Of a stretch of DNA of 34,757 bases, positions 26,592 through 34,757 are shown piece after piece (within the stretch, counting starts at the first letter, position 1; each line of letters opens with the position of its first letter). The notes beneath the pieces were generated by a model, which did no database searches, was not told the origin of the DNA, and saw only the letters and a list, made by a program, of their open reading frames with translations. This DNA comes from a bacterium (lineage in GTDB: Bacteria; Muiribacteriota; UBA6191). The stretch spans positions 1 to 34,757 of the forward strand of contig JAYZAC010000109.1 of NCBI GenBank assembly GCA_036339875.1, read 5' to 3'. Both the position numbers and the translations under genes were made by a program.

Positions 26592-27668
26592 TTAAGGCTT
26601 TCTCTCTCGATGAAGAAACCAACTACGGCTATCTCTTAACTGATCTTGAGTGCTTATGTAGTAATTAATCTTCTTCTTCTTGCTAAAATCTGTAATATAC
26701 TCACCTTGTCCCGGAAGAGTTCTGAAGGAAATATCGTCTCTTTCAATTTTAGAGAATCCTGCCATTAGTCTTAAAAAAAGATCGCTGCTCATGTCTGTGT
26801 CCACGTCACTATATAAACCAAGCATGAAAGAAGGTAGACGTCCAATAACCTTAAGATTTTCGATTCGTAATTGCTTAAGGGTCTTCAACCTGTAGACAAA
26901 AGCCTTTATAAACTTTTGCTGACGTTCAATTCTACCAAGATCACCCATTCCGTCTGCCCTGTAGCGAACATAACCTTCAGCATTACGACCATCTAATAAT
27001 TGATCACCCGCCTTTAAATCAATCACTAATCCCGCTGATCTATCTCGATACTTGAGATTTTCCTCTACATTCAAACGGACACCGCCAATAGTATCAATTA
27101 TTCGCCTAAATAAAGAAAGATCAATGGTAATTGTATGGTCTACCGGCACTCTGTAGAATTTATTCAAGGAGTCCAGAATCATATTTAATCCACCCCAACG
27201 ATAAGCATGACTTATTTTGCCAAGCTTTTCTCGACCATCATGCATTAAAGGAACTCTCGTATCTCTAGGGAAGCTTAAAATATGAATTCTACCCAAATCA
27301 ATCATGAAATGAACTAGTATAATTGTATCGGCTCGGTTGTTACTTTCCTTACCCAACAACAAGACCGTATACCTACTTTTCATAGATTCGGGTGGCTTTA
27401 CAGGAGAATCGCTGACCCAAATCTTCTTACCTTGAATAATTTGAACTTCACTCTTAGCTTTATTAGCAAGATGATTTAATTGAAATAGCAAAACGCCAAC
27501 TAAAATGGCGATCCCAAAAAGCAATCTACCGATAAGCTTACGTTTGAGTCGCTTGTGACTACTATCACGCAAGTCGACAAACTCTTTATTGCCCGTAAGT
27601 ATCTGTACCCCAGGAAAATCAGGAATATAATCTAAAATTCTATTAAGAATATCAATAATGCGACGCAT
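26592..27668 (-). CDS. LCP (LytR-CpsA-Psr) family glycopolymer transferase
   Basis: Single TM segment followed by 'VLLLG', 'RADTIIL', 'LSFPRDTRV', 'KISHAY', 'IDTIGGV' and 'LDGRNAEGYVRYR..GDLGRIERQQKF'. Confidence 0.93.
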   Translation of the reverse strand: MRRIIDILNRILDYIPDFPGVQILTGNKEFVDLRDSSHKRLKRKLIGRLLFGIAILVGVLLFQLNHLANKAKSEVQIIQGKKIWVSDSPVKPPESMKSRYTVLLLGKESNNRADTIILVHFMIDLGRIHILSFPRDTRVPLMHDGREKLGKISHAYRWGGLNMILDSLNKFYRVPVDHTITIDLSLFRRIIDTIGGVRLNVEENLKYRDRSAGLVIDLKAGDQLLDGRNAEGYVRYRADGMGDLGRIERQQKFIKAFVYRLKTLKQLRIENLKVIGRLPSFMLGLYSDVDTDMSSDLFLRLMAGFSKIERDDISFRTLPGQGEYITDFSKKKKINYYISTQDQLRDSRSWFLHRERKP

Positions 27669-27670
27669 GT

Positions 27671-28288
27671 TTAGTCACACAGCCAATTCCAGCATTCAAG
27701 GCTGTGGAAGTGGATCATTTTACCCCTTTTCAAAGTATAATCAAGTTTCCATTGTAAGCAATTGATAAGAGCCTTCTTTAGATCGAGACTAGCCTCTTCC
27801 AATCGGCTCCAGCTTGACCATGAGCGACCGGGTTCAAGTGCATCCGCCACAAAGAATAAACATTCCTCCAAATTCATTTTTGCCTTACCCGTAGTATGCC
27901 AAGAAACAATCTCTGCAATCTCCATGGGTAATTTGTATTTATGTTGGGCTAACACACAGGCTACTTTCGAATGAGCTAAAACTATATTTTTTTCAACAAT
28001 CTCATCGACAGGAACCCGAGAATTTTGAAGAATTTCAAACTGTTGCGAAGACGGCATTTCTCTGGCAATATCATGCAATAAAGCTGCTACCTCGAGAAAT
28101 TGAATATTACACTTAAAACGACTACCTAAAAATTTACATGCTTCTCTGACACCATCAATATGAACTCTTCGAGACCTACTGACAGAAGCATCTAAATCTT
28201 GCTCTAACCATGTGCACAACTCATTAAAATTACGTAATGTATTTGGAGTACAACGAGGGAGCCGATCAACGAAATCAAAGGATTTCAA
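27671..28288 (-). CDS. yqeK: HD-domain hydrolase YqeK (symmetrical Ap4A hydrolase)
   Basis: Motifs 'RRVHIDGV', 'AALLHDIAR', 'LAHSKVA', 'SWHTTGK' and 'FFVADALEPGR'; lies next to an LCP gene, as is common for yqeK. Confidence 0.88.
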   Translation of the reverse strand: MKSFDFVDRLPRCTPNTLRNFNELCTWLEQDLDASVSRSRRVHIDGVREACKFLGSRFKCNIQFLEVAALLHDIAREMPSSQQFEILQNSRVPVDEIVEKNIVLAHSKVACVLAQHKYKLPMEIAEIVSWHTTGKAKMNLEECLFFVADALEPGRSWSSWSRLEEASLDLKKALINCLQWKLDYTLKRGKMIHFHSLECWNWLCD

Positions 28289-29270
28289 GATCCGACTCTA
28301 TTTCTTGCAAAAGATTGAAAATCTGATGTTGGTCCAGATAAGGAGCATATTCGGACCTGTAAAGACTCTGCGATATCTCGGTTCCCAGGCGATTGAATCC
28401 CACCACGATCATTTCTTCGTTAAGGGATGCATAATTTACCTCATGAGAAAAAAGTAAATCTTCATGCATTTTTTCTCCTTCTCTAATTCCCGTCTCGACA
28501 ATCTTTACAGGCTTCCAACCATGCCTTTCAGCATAAACACCATTCAGAACTGCAACCAGGTCTAAAATCCTAATGGCCGGCATTCTTAAAATAAAAGTTT
28601 CACCATCCTTGGCCAATTCTCCAGCCTTAAGGACTAAATGCACTGCTTTTGGTAAAGTCATTACAAAACGCGTCATTTTGTCATGAGTCAGAGTTATTGG
28701 GTTAGAATTTTTAAGTTGTGATAGAAACAAAGGAATAACTGAACCACGCGTGCCTAAAACATTTCCAAATCTTACGCACGAAAAAACCGTTTCTCTTGGC
28801 CCCTTGTAAAAGTTGGCAGATCTCATTAATTTTTCAGCTAGGAGCTTGGTGGTACCCATTGTGTTTATAGGATTCACAACCTTATCCGTCGAAACCAAGA
28901 TTACCTTCTCGACACCCGTCTCCATGGCAACTTCTATAATATTCTGTGTCCCAATCACATTCGTTTTTACCGCTTCAAATGGATTAAACTCACAACTTGG
29001 AACCTGTTTAAGAGCTGCCGCATTAAAAACATAATCTACGGAGTCCATAGCCAATCTCAAGCGCTCTTTATCGCGAATATCCCCTAGAAGAAACCTAACT
29101 TTCCCATCATTTGTCAATTCCCGACGAAAACAGTATTGAGAATATTCATCACGACTCAGAACTCTAATACTATCAGGATTAAAACTTAATATCTGTTTAA
29201 CGAGGGCTTTACCGATACTACCGGTTCCGCCAGTCACTAAAACCGTTTTATTTCTTAGATATTCACCCAT
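28275..29270 (-). CDS. UDP-N-acetylglucosamine 4,6-dehydratase family (Polysacc_synt_2; CapD/CapE/FnlA-like)
   Basis: Motifs 'VLVTGGTGSIG', 'LSRDEYSQ', 'AAALKQVPSCEFNPFEAVKTN', 'STDKVVNPINTMGTTK', 'VRFGNVLGTRGSVIPLF', 'MTRF' and 'GIREGEKMHE'. Start is ATG 29270 (alternative GTG 29279). Confidence 0.92.
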   Translation of the reverse strand: MGEYLRNKTVLVTGGTGSIGKALVKQILSFNPDSIRVLSRDEYSQYCFRRELTNDGKVRFLLGDIRDKERLRLAMDSVDYVFNAAALKQVPSCEFNPFEAVKTNVIGTQNIIEVAMETGVEKVILVSTDKVVNPINTMGTTKLLAEKLMRSANFYKGPRETVFSCVRFGNVLGTRGSVIPLFLSQLKNSNPITLTHDKMTRFVMTLPKAVHLVLKAGELAKDGETFILRMPAIRILDLVAVLNGVYAERHGWKPVKIVETGIREGEKMHEDLLFSHEVNYASLNEEMIVVGFNRLGTEISQSLYRSEYAPYLDQHQIFNLLQEIESDLEIL

Positions 29271-29318
29271 AACAACCACCCAATAACGCCCACATAATAA
29301 TATATTTTTTTGAGACCT

Positions 29319-30413
29319 TTATAAAGATTCTTCGCTCTCGAAACAAGTTAAGTTATTTGGTGATATTGCAATACCACCCTTTGATGAAGATTCATAAACA
29401 CAGTCTATCACTTGGCAGGCTATCAACCCATCCTCAATGGATGAAAGATTCACTTTGCTGGAATCCTCAATCAATTCCAACAAATGGTTCAATCGCAGCA
29501 TATACGGATTTTTCGACTTAGGCGAGTGAAAATCTTGAACTTGTAAGTAAGGTGTCCCAACCTTCTGCCTAAAATACAACCAACGTCCATGGCTGTAGAG
29601 AAGTTTTGCTCTTTCCCACTCCATCTCTAATTCAAAATGAAAATATTTTCGTTGCCCACCAACTAAAAATAATCCCGTTACACCTTTATCAAACCAAAGA
29701 TTACCATAGCTTGTGTCTTCACTAGAATTACTTAGGTTACGCCTAACACTCCATGCACTAACCAATCGTGGTTGACCTACTAAAAAAATCATCAAATCAA
29801 TTAAATGAGTCCCGTCGTGAAGCATCGGACCGCCAAATATTCTTTCTTGCCCTTTACGTCCCTTTATTACACTAGCGCAGTGTACTGCTCCCCTGATGTG
29901 TCTGAGTTCTCCAAGACCATATTTTTGTCGCGAGGAGTGCATTTTATAGAACTGTTGAAACTCATTCATGAATCTACGGTCATGGCAAACAACAACTTGT
30001 AAATTCGTTTCAGCTAATAGATTCTTTATTTCCTGTGCTTCATCAAAATTCATACCCAATGGTTTCTCTAAAAGAATACCCTTCAATGGGGATCCTTTTT
30101 TATGAAAAGATAATAATTCACGCAAGACATTCAAATGCTCGTAAGAGGAGCATGAAATACTTACTATTTCGGGTCTAGCTCTCGTCAAAAACTGTTTAAG
30201 TTTTTCACCTTTATGATTAATGAGGCATTTTGGGTAAGTCTTCTTGAAAATACGACATTGCTCTAAATCAAGATCATACCCACCCACTAAATTCACTTTA
30301 CGACTGCGTTGATATGCACCAGCATGAGTACATGGATTAGCTCGGCCATATCCTCCCTCCAGCTTAAAACCAATTCGTCCGAGTCCGATAACAACAGCTC
30401 TTAAGCGTATCAT
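29319..30413 (-). CDS. Gfo/Idh/MocA family NAD(P)-dependent oxidoreductase
   Basis: Motifs 'VIGLGRIG', 'ILLEKPLG', 'VCHDRRF' and 'MLHDGTHLIDL'; ATGA overlap with the upstream gene. Confidence 0.9.
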   Translation of the reverse strand: MIRLRAVVIGLGRIGFKLEGGYGRANPCTHAGAYQRSRKVNLVGGYDLDLEQCRIFKKTYPKCLINHKGEKLKQFLTRARPEIVSISCSSYEHLNVLRELLSFHKKGSPLKGILLEKPLGMNFDEAQEIKNLLAETNLQVVVCHDRRFMNEFQQFYKMHSSRQKYGLGELRHIRGAVHCASVIKGRKGQERIFGGPMLHDGTHLIDLMIFLVGQPRLVSAWSVRRNLSNSSEDTSYGNLWFDKGVTGLFLVGGQRKYFHFELEMEWERAKLLYSHGRWLYFRQKVGTPYLQVQDFHSPKSKNPYMLRLNHLLELIEDSSKVNLSSIEDGLIACQVIDCVYESSSKGGIAISPNNLTCFESEESL

Positions 30414-31138
30414 CCCAACTCCCGAAATGACTTCTGATGAACCGACTGATTGATCATAAAAAAATCTGGATTCTGAAAGTATAATTCCTCAATTTCGGCC
30501 AAACAGATTTGTTGAGCTTCCTTATTGAAATATTCACAAATATTTCTAATCAGAGTTAAATCCTCTTGGGTATCTACCGTGAGTCTTAGAGACGCTATCA
30601 ATGAAAAATTGCAATTATACTTTAACCACTTCCAAGAATCATTTGAGCTGTAAAAATTCGGAGTCACGTGCTCTTTTGTGAACTCGTCAACACCCTGATT
30701 TTCAAGCTCAAGTAAACTCTTGCGCCTAAATACTTCTAACGCACAACCTATAGGTATATTTTCACTGATGCAGTAATCAAGATTATTAGAATTAATTAGG
30801 TCGATCATTCCATCAATACAGTCCACATAGACAAACGGATTATCGCCGGTGACTCTGACTAAATACTCTACATCAGAATTTCTAGCAAATTCTGTGAACC
30901 TACTAAAAACATTTGTTTCTGAGCCAAACTGAATATCATAATCTAGAGCGGTAACATGAGATGCTAATTTTTGATTATTCTCTCGCGACCCAGTCAAAAC
31001 ACTACACTTGGATGGATCAAATCTAAGAATTACACTTGAAATCAAAGAATCCTTAAAAATTAGCATTAAAGTCTTTTTAGGAAGTCTAGTCGAACCCTCT
31101 CTTGCCTGAACTAATACATGATAATCTCGTGATGACAT
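30410..31138 (-). CDS. SpsF-like cytidylyltransferase (CTP_transf_3 family)
   Basis: Motifs 'LVQAREGSTRLPKK', 'FGSETNVFSRF', 'VRVTGDNPF', 'PIGCALEVF', 'KEHVTP' and 'LRLTVDTQEDL'. Confidence 0.9.
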   Translation of the reverse strand: MSSRDYHVLVQAREGSTRLPKKTLMLIFKDSLISSVILRFDPSKCSVLTGSRENNQKLASHVTALDYDIQFGSETNVFSRFTEFARNSDVEYLVRVTGDNPFVYVDCIDGMIDLINSNNLDYCISENIPIGCALEVFRRKSLLELENQGVDEFTKEHVTPNFYSSNDSWKWLKYNCNFSLIASLRLTVDTQEDLTLIRNICEYFNKEAQQICLAEIEELYFQNPDFFMINQSVHQKSFRELG

Positions 31139-31175
31139 ATTAAGAATATCGGCATTTTCGAAACCGTAAAATTAA

Positions 31176-34022
31176 TTACAGATTACGACCCCGTGATGTG
31201 AAAGCATTAGTCGAGGGGAACTTTCTTTCATTTCTACGCGATAAATTCTGCTCAATCGATTTGATATTTACGCCTAAATTTTTGAGTTCAGTTTCATACT
31301 TTTGCATTAAAATATGTAGATCTCTCCGCTCATGCTTCTTCATTTTCCCCACATTCTCAATAGCTTCCTCAATCATCAAGGCAATTTTATACCTACTAGT
31401 AGAGCGCTTTTTCGAAAGATTTCTCGCTTTACGGTCATAAATATATCCTTTCGCGAAAAAACTCTCTATGAGTAACAAATCCTGTTCTCCATTCTCAATA
31501 GAATTCGATTTTGGGTAATAATTACGAGCCTTCTGAATCAATCGATTTGAATCATTACCTCCATTTAAGAAACGACTCGCAAGGTTTATTGGTCTAGCAT
31601 TATCTACAATATTGCCATCTCGATCGGTTAAGTTTGGTGATAGATAAAACTTGAATTCTTGTTGATTAGGGATTCTCTGATAAGGCTTAAATTGAAGACT
31701 TGTTCTGTCCGATGAAACTTCTACCCGTCCATTATATCTAAAATTATCACCTTGCAAAAAATACTCATCAGATCTAATGCTGCTTGAATCTAGTTCACGA
31801 TTAAACTTAACTTCGATAGTTTGATCTTGCTTATCTAGAATTGAAGGCGGAAATTCAGAGACTAAGAATGGTGAGAAGTATCGTGTCTTGAATTTCCAAT
31901 TCGCAGTCCCTGTGAGTAAACTCCCATATTTTGACTTCAAATCAGAAGATAGACGCACCTCATAGATTTTTGCCTCGCCAAGATTTCGATAAGGTTTTAG
32001 AGTCAAAACTTTATCATTATCTTCGAAAATCATTTCACCAGGAATCATTTTACCGTCTTGATAGACAGTTAGACTCGCCGAATGTAGCGATTCTGGATCT
32101 AGTTTTTGATTGAATTCTACCTGGATAGGAGTATTGGCTTCATTTCCTCGCGAACGATTTCTAGGAAAAACCTTTTTAATTTTGAGTTCTATATCTTCTG
32201 CTCGTACAAGTTCTTCATTTTTTTTCGATTTGAATGTCGCAGGAAAATTGTTATTAGAATTTTTCTGGCCGGCAGTAACAAAACTCCATGATGCATTTCC
32301 TACTGAAACTCGATATTGAGTTCCTTCCTTTAAACCTCTTTTAGGCGTTATATCAACTCTTTTGAGAGCCTTGTTATATTTAGAGCTTACATCCAGCTCA
32401 ACGTTATTCGATCCTTCATAAAGCTTAGCATTCATAAAGTGTTTCTCACCCCGATACAATTCTCTGTTATAGACGATTCCAATAGGCTGATAAACGGGAA
32501 CGTCTACGGCTTGGGATACTGGAAAAGTTGCTTGAACTAATTCTGGCATTTCGGGCTTATAGTGTTCCAAAAGCTTATCGTTAGAAACACCTACCTTACT
32601 AGTGTTCGTTGAACTTTTCTCATCAGACGAAAGTTTAAGGCCATCGCTATCACTAATGGATATACTGGGAGAAGCTTTATTCCAAAGTTTCTGTAACGGA
32701 GATGGTTCTTCTTTTTCACTAAATTCTCTCGCCGAAGACAAATTATCATCTTCATTGCCAAAGTCATTTTCAGTTTCTTGGGACTCAATCTCATGATTAA
32801 ACTTGCTGGTTGAATCTCTGCCAGCCTTATCTAAGCCTTCTTGGTTAGTTAGAATACCTGTCTCAACAACTTTACGATTCTTTTCCTCCAAGAAACCTAA
32901 TTCAAAACCGGCGCGTTCGAATGACGCTCCCAATGGAGAAACATTCATTGTTGGAATCTCAGCTTTTTTTTGTTCTCGAACCTTCAACAAATCTTTTTCG
33001 AAATCTGCTTTCGTGTCCTGCTTGAGCTTATTAACAACAACAGATAAAGCCTGTAACTCTTTACTCTGTAACTGTGGCCACTTTGACTGCGCAACTTTAT
33101 CGGCGGCCTGTTTTTTAACACCAAATACACCGTACTCCTCAGCCATAAAAACTAACACACCGTTAGACTCTACGGGATTACTATAAGTACCGTCTCCTTG
33201 GCTAACCTGCTGAATTTTCATATCTTTAAGATTCAAACTAAAAATATGATTTGAACCATTAAGATTCGAATCAAAAAACACTCTATTACCATCGTGGCTA
33301 AAAACAGGATGAGCCTGAACTGCCTCCTCTTGTGTCAATTGCAGGGGTTGACTGCCTCGAATCTTTAAATTTTTCATAAATAAGTTAAAAAATTCATTAC
33401 GATAAGAAGTGTAGAGAAGACTACTTCCATCTGGAGAAAATCTTGGATGAAAATCGTGATTTTTATATCGCGTAAGCTGCCTTCTTTGATAACTCTCTAA
33501 ATCAAGTAACCATATGTCAAAATTACCCGATCGATCAGAATCAAAAGCCAGTATCCGACCGTCGGGAGAAAGACTCGGGTGATAATCATTAGATTTACCC
33601 TGTGTAAGTATTTTAGGATCCGAATTAGACCTCAAATCTTTTTGATAGATTTTTGAAAAGCCATTCTTTTTCATCGAAAATATGATTGATTTTCCATCAG
33701 ACGTGAAAATTGGTGCTGCTATTTCTGCATCATTTTTGAGAATACTAATTCCTTCGCCCTTATCTTTTAGGTACTTGATTTTGAGATCATAGCGATTTTT
33801 ACTTTGTTTAACATATGCCAAAATACGCCCCTCAGGACCAAGAGTAACACCAGTAATTTTCTGATTGCCATTACCAGTGGGAACCCATTGGGTGGATTTA
33901 TCGAATTTCGATTCTACTGGGTTAGCTTTAACAACCCACATGGAACTTACGTACAGCACGAGATATATATGTAAGAATACCCTTCCAAGTCTTAAAGGGC
34001 TTAAATTGGATCGACTTTTCAT
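31176..34022 (-). CDS. exported protein: TolB-like PD40 beta-propeller, linker, three Big_5/SbsA-type Ig domains, C-terminal SLH-like/coiled-coil segment
   Basis: Signal peptide '..MWVVKA-NP'. PD40 repeats: 'PSLSPDGRILAFDSDRSGNFDIW', 'PRFSPDGSSLLYTS', 'PVFSHDGNRVFFDS'. Ig units: 'TFPVSQAVDVPVYQPI', 'VFPRNRSRGNEANTPIQVEFNQKLDP', 'IEVKFNRELD'. C-terminus: 'FFAKGYI..TSRYKIALMI..KYETELKNLGVNIKSIE'. GGAG RBS. Confidence 0.85.
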   Translation of the reverse strand: MKSRSNLSPLRLGRVFLHIYLVLYVSSMWVVKANPVESKFDKSTQWVPTGNGNQKITGVTLGPEGRILAYVKQSKNRYDLKIKYLKDKGEGISILKNDAEIAAPIFTSDGKSIIFSMKKNGFSKIYQKDLRSNSDPKILTQGKSNDYHPSLSPDGRILAFDSDRSGNFDIWLLDLESYQRRQLTRYKNHDFHPRFSPDGSSLLYTSYRNEFFNLFMKNLKIRGSQPLQLTQEEAVQAHPVFSHDGNRVFFDSNLNGSNHIFSLNLKDMKIQQVSQGDGTYSNPVESNGVLVFMAEEYGVFGVKKQAADKVAQSKWPQLQSKELQALSVVVNKLKQDTKADFEKDLLKVREQKKAEIPTMNVSPLGASFERAGFELGFLEEKNRKVVETGILTNQEGLDKAGRDSTSKFNHEIESQETENDFGNEDDNLSSAREFSEKEEPSPLQKLWNKASPSISISDSDGLKLSSDEKSSTNTSKVGVSNDKLLEHYKPEMPELVQATFPVSQAVDVPVYQPIGIVYNRELYRGEKHFMNAKLYEGSNNVELDVSSKYNKALKRVDITPKRGLKEGTQYRVSVGNASWSFVTAGQKNSNNNFPATFKSKKNEELVRAEDIELKIKKVFPRNRSRGNEANTPIQVEFNQKLDPESLHSASLTVYQDGKMIPGEMIFEDNDKVLTLKPYRNLGEAKIYEVRLSSDLKSKYGSLLTGTANWKFKTRYFSPFLVSEFPPSILDKQDQTIEVKFNRELDSSSIRSDEYFLQGDNFRYNGRVEVSSDRTSLQFKPYQRIPNQQEFKFYLSPNLTDRDGNIVDNARPINLASRFLNGGNDSNRLIQKARNYYPKSNSIENGEQDLLLIESFFAKGYIYDRKARNLSKKRSTSRYKIALMIEEAIENVGKMKKHERRDLHILMQKYETELKNLGVNIKSIEQNLSRRNERKFPSTNAFTSRGRNL

Positions 34023-34125
34023 CGCAGACTCCGTAAATAATAGCTACATTTTTATCGGATATCGGCTTATTTTTGTATTACGTGAAGCAAAGTTGGACAA
34101 AAAAAAACGTGGCCGTACCAGCTAA

Positions 34126-34757
34126 TTAATAACCATCGTGAACTGCTTGCACTGGCTGATCAATAAATTGCTTTCCTGTAGCATCATTAAATGCCGTTTC
34201 TTTCTTACCACTGAAATAGATCTCCCCACTCACATCCGGTTCACTGGCTTTGTTTGATCCTCTACTTAGCGCTCGCGCATCTATTCGCGGCAATAAGGCT
34301 TGGCTTCCAATTGTGGTATTTAATTGGTCTAATGCATGAAAACCATTGTAATGAACCACGAATCCATTACTATCAACAGTTTTTCTAGCTTCTTGCATTA
34401 TCAAGTCACGACCCGCTAGTCCTCCAAGAAGTGCCATCGGTTGATCGTATGTGAATCCTTCAATTGTAAGATTTGTAGTCCCTGAAATCTGTTTTAATTC
34501 ATCTAAGGAGTACTGAAAGTTTGTCATGACGTCCAATATTAATAAATAGCGAGCATTATCTTCATCTGAAAGTATTTGACCTAACATATTTAAAATATCA
34601 AGACTGGTAGTCCCTTCATTGTTTTCCAAGACTAATGCTTGAATAAGTTTCGTAAAACCGTCTGGAATCCTCAATGCTACTTCCAATAAAATCGAAGCAA
34701 TTAAACCCTCTATCTTAAAAAAGTCTTCTTTTTCTAACGAAGTCCAAGGAATCATAT
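34126..34757 (-). CDS. hypothetical protein, probably 5'-truncated by the window edge
   Basis: Frame is open from the window end to the TAA at 34126-34128, at least 209 aa, with a helical Leu/Ile-rich N-terminal part; no motif recognised. Confidence 0.7.
   Translation of the reverse strand, partial: MIPWTSLEKEDFFKIEGLIASILLEVALRIPDGFTKLIQALVLENNEGTTSLDILNMLGQILSDEDNARYLLILDVMTNFQYSLDELKQISGTTNLTIEGFTYDQPMALLGGLAGRDLIMQEARKTVDSNGFVVHYNGFHALDQLNTTIGSQALLPRIDARALSRGSNKASEPDVSGEIYFSGKKETAFNDATGKQFIDQPVQAVHDGY

Noticed and set aside
34099..34122. Possible intrinsic terminator after the last ORF (minus strand TGGT-ACG-GCCA followed by a T-run)
   Set aside because: The stem is only 4 bp with a G-U pair, too weak to call despite the U-tract.
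1783..34125. Other short antisense or out-of-frame ORFs overlapping confident genes (e.g. 1783, 2914, 4189, 5759, 6181, 8864, 9608, 17656, 19018, 19291, 21966, 23157, 24026, 25865, 26680, 27762, 28212, 28813, 29805, 31198-33186, 33865)
   Set aside because: They overlap well-supported CDS and show no independent coding signal.
1..34757. CRISPR arrays, tRNA/rRNA, riboswitches, IS or prophage elements, defence systems
   Set aside because: I saw no regularly spaced repeats, cloverleaf motifs, transposase/integrase genes or known defence genes. topB and cvpA appear in ordinary chromosomal context, not as plasmid or colicin markers. A covariance-model search was not run.

Overview
AT-rich, tightly packed bacterial chromosome segment with about 28 CDS, mostly on the minus strand. 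I saw no rRNA, tRNA, CRISPR array, transposase or phage genes. Housekeeping genes: a 3'-truncated N-formylglutamate amidohydrolase (hutG-like) at the left edge that the ORF track missed, a DciA/DUF721 protein, topoisomerase III, cvpA, malQ, glgA, gatA-gatB (no gatC in the window), fabI and yqeK. Accessory genes: a receiver-HATPase-cNMP signalling protein preceded by a degenerate alpha/beta-hydrolase; a 2363-aa lipoprotein with Ig-like repeats and NHL-type propellers; a radical SAM enzyme with a CX8CX2C motif downstream of a PmtA-like methyltransferase; and a cell-envelope cluster (TolB-like/Ig/SLH-like protein, SpsF-like cytidylyltransferase, Gfo/Idh/MocA oxidoreductase, UDP-GlcNAc 4,6-dehydratase, YqeK, LCP ligase, PH-domain membrane protein). 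The best leads are the TolB-propeller protein with a C-terminal OmpM-like SLH/stalk and its glycan/LCP neighbourhood, the signalling fusion, the radical SAM enzyme, and a recurring '-10 hexamer + 6 nt + ATG' layout suggesting leaderless mRNAs. All family calls come from reading motifs by eye; no database searches were run.
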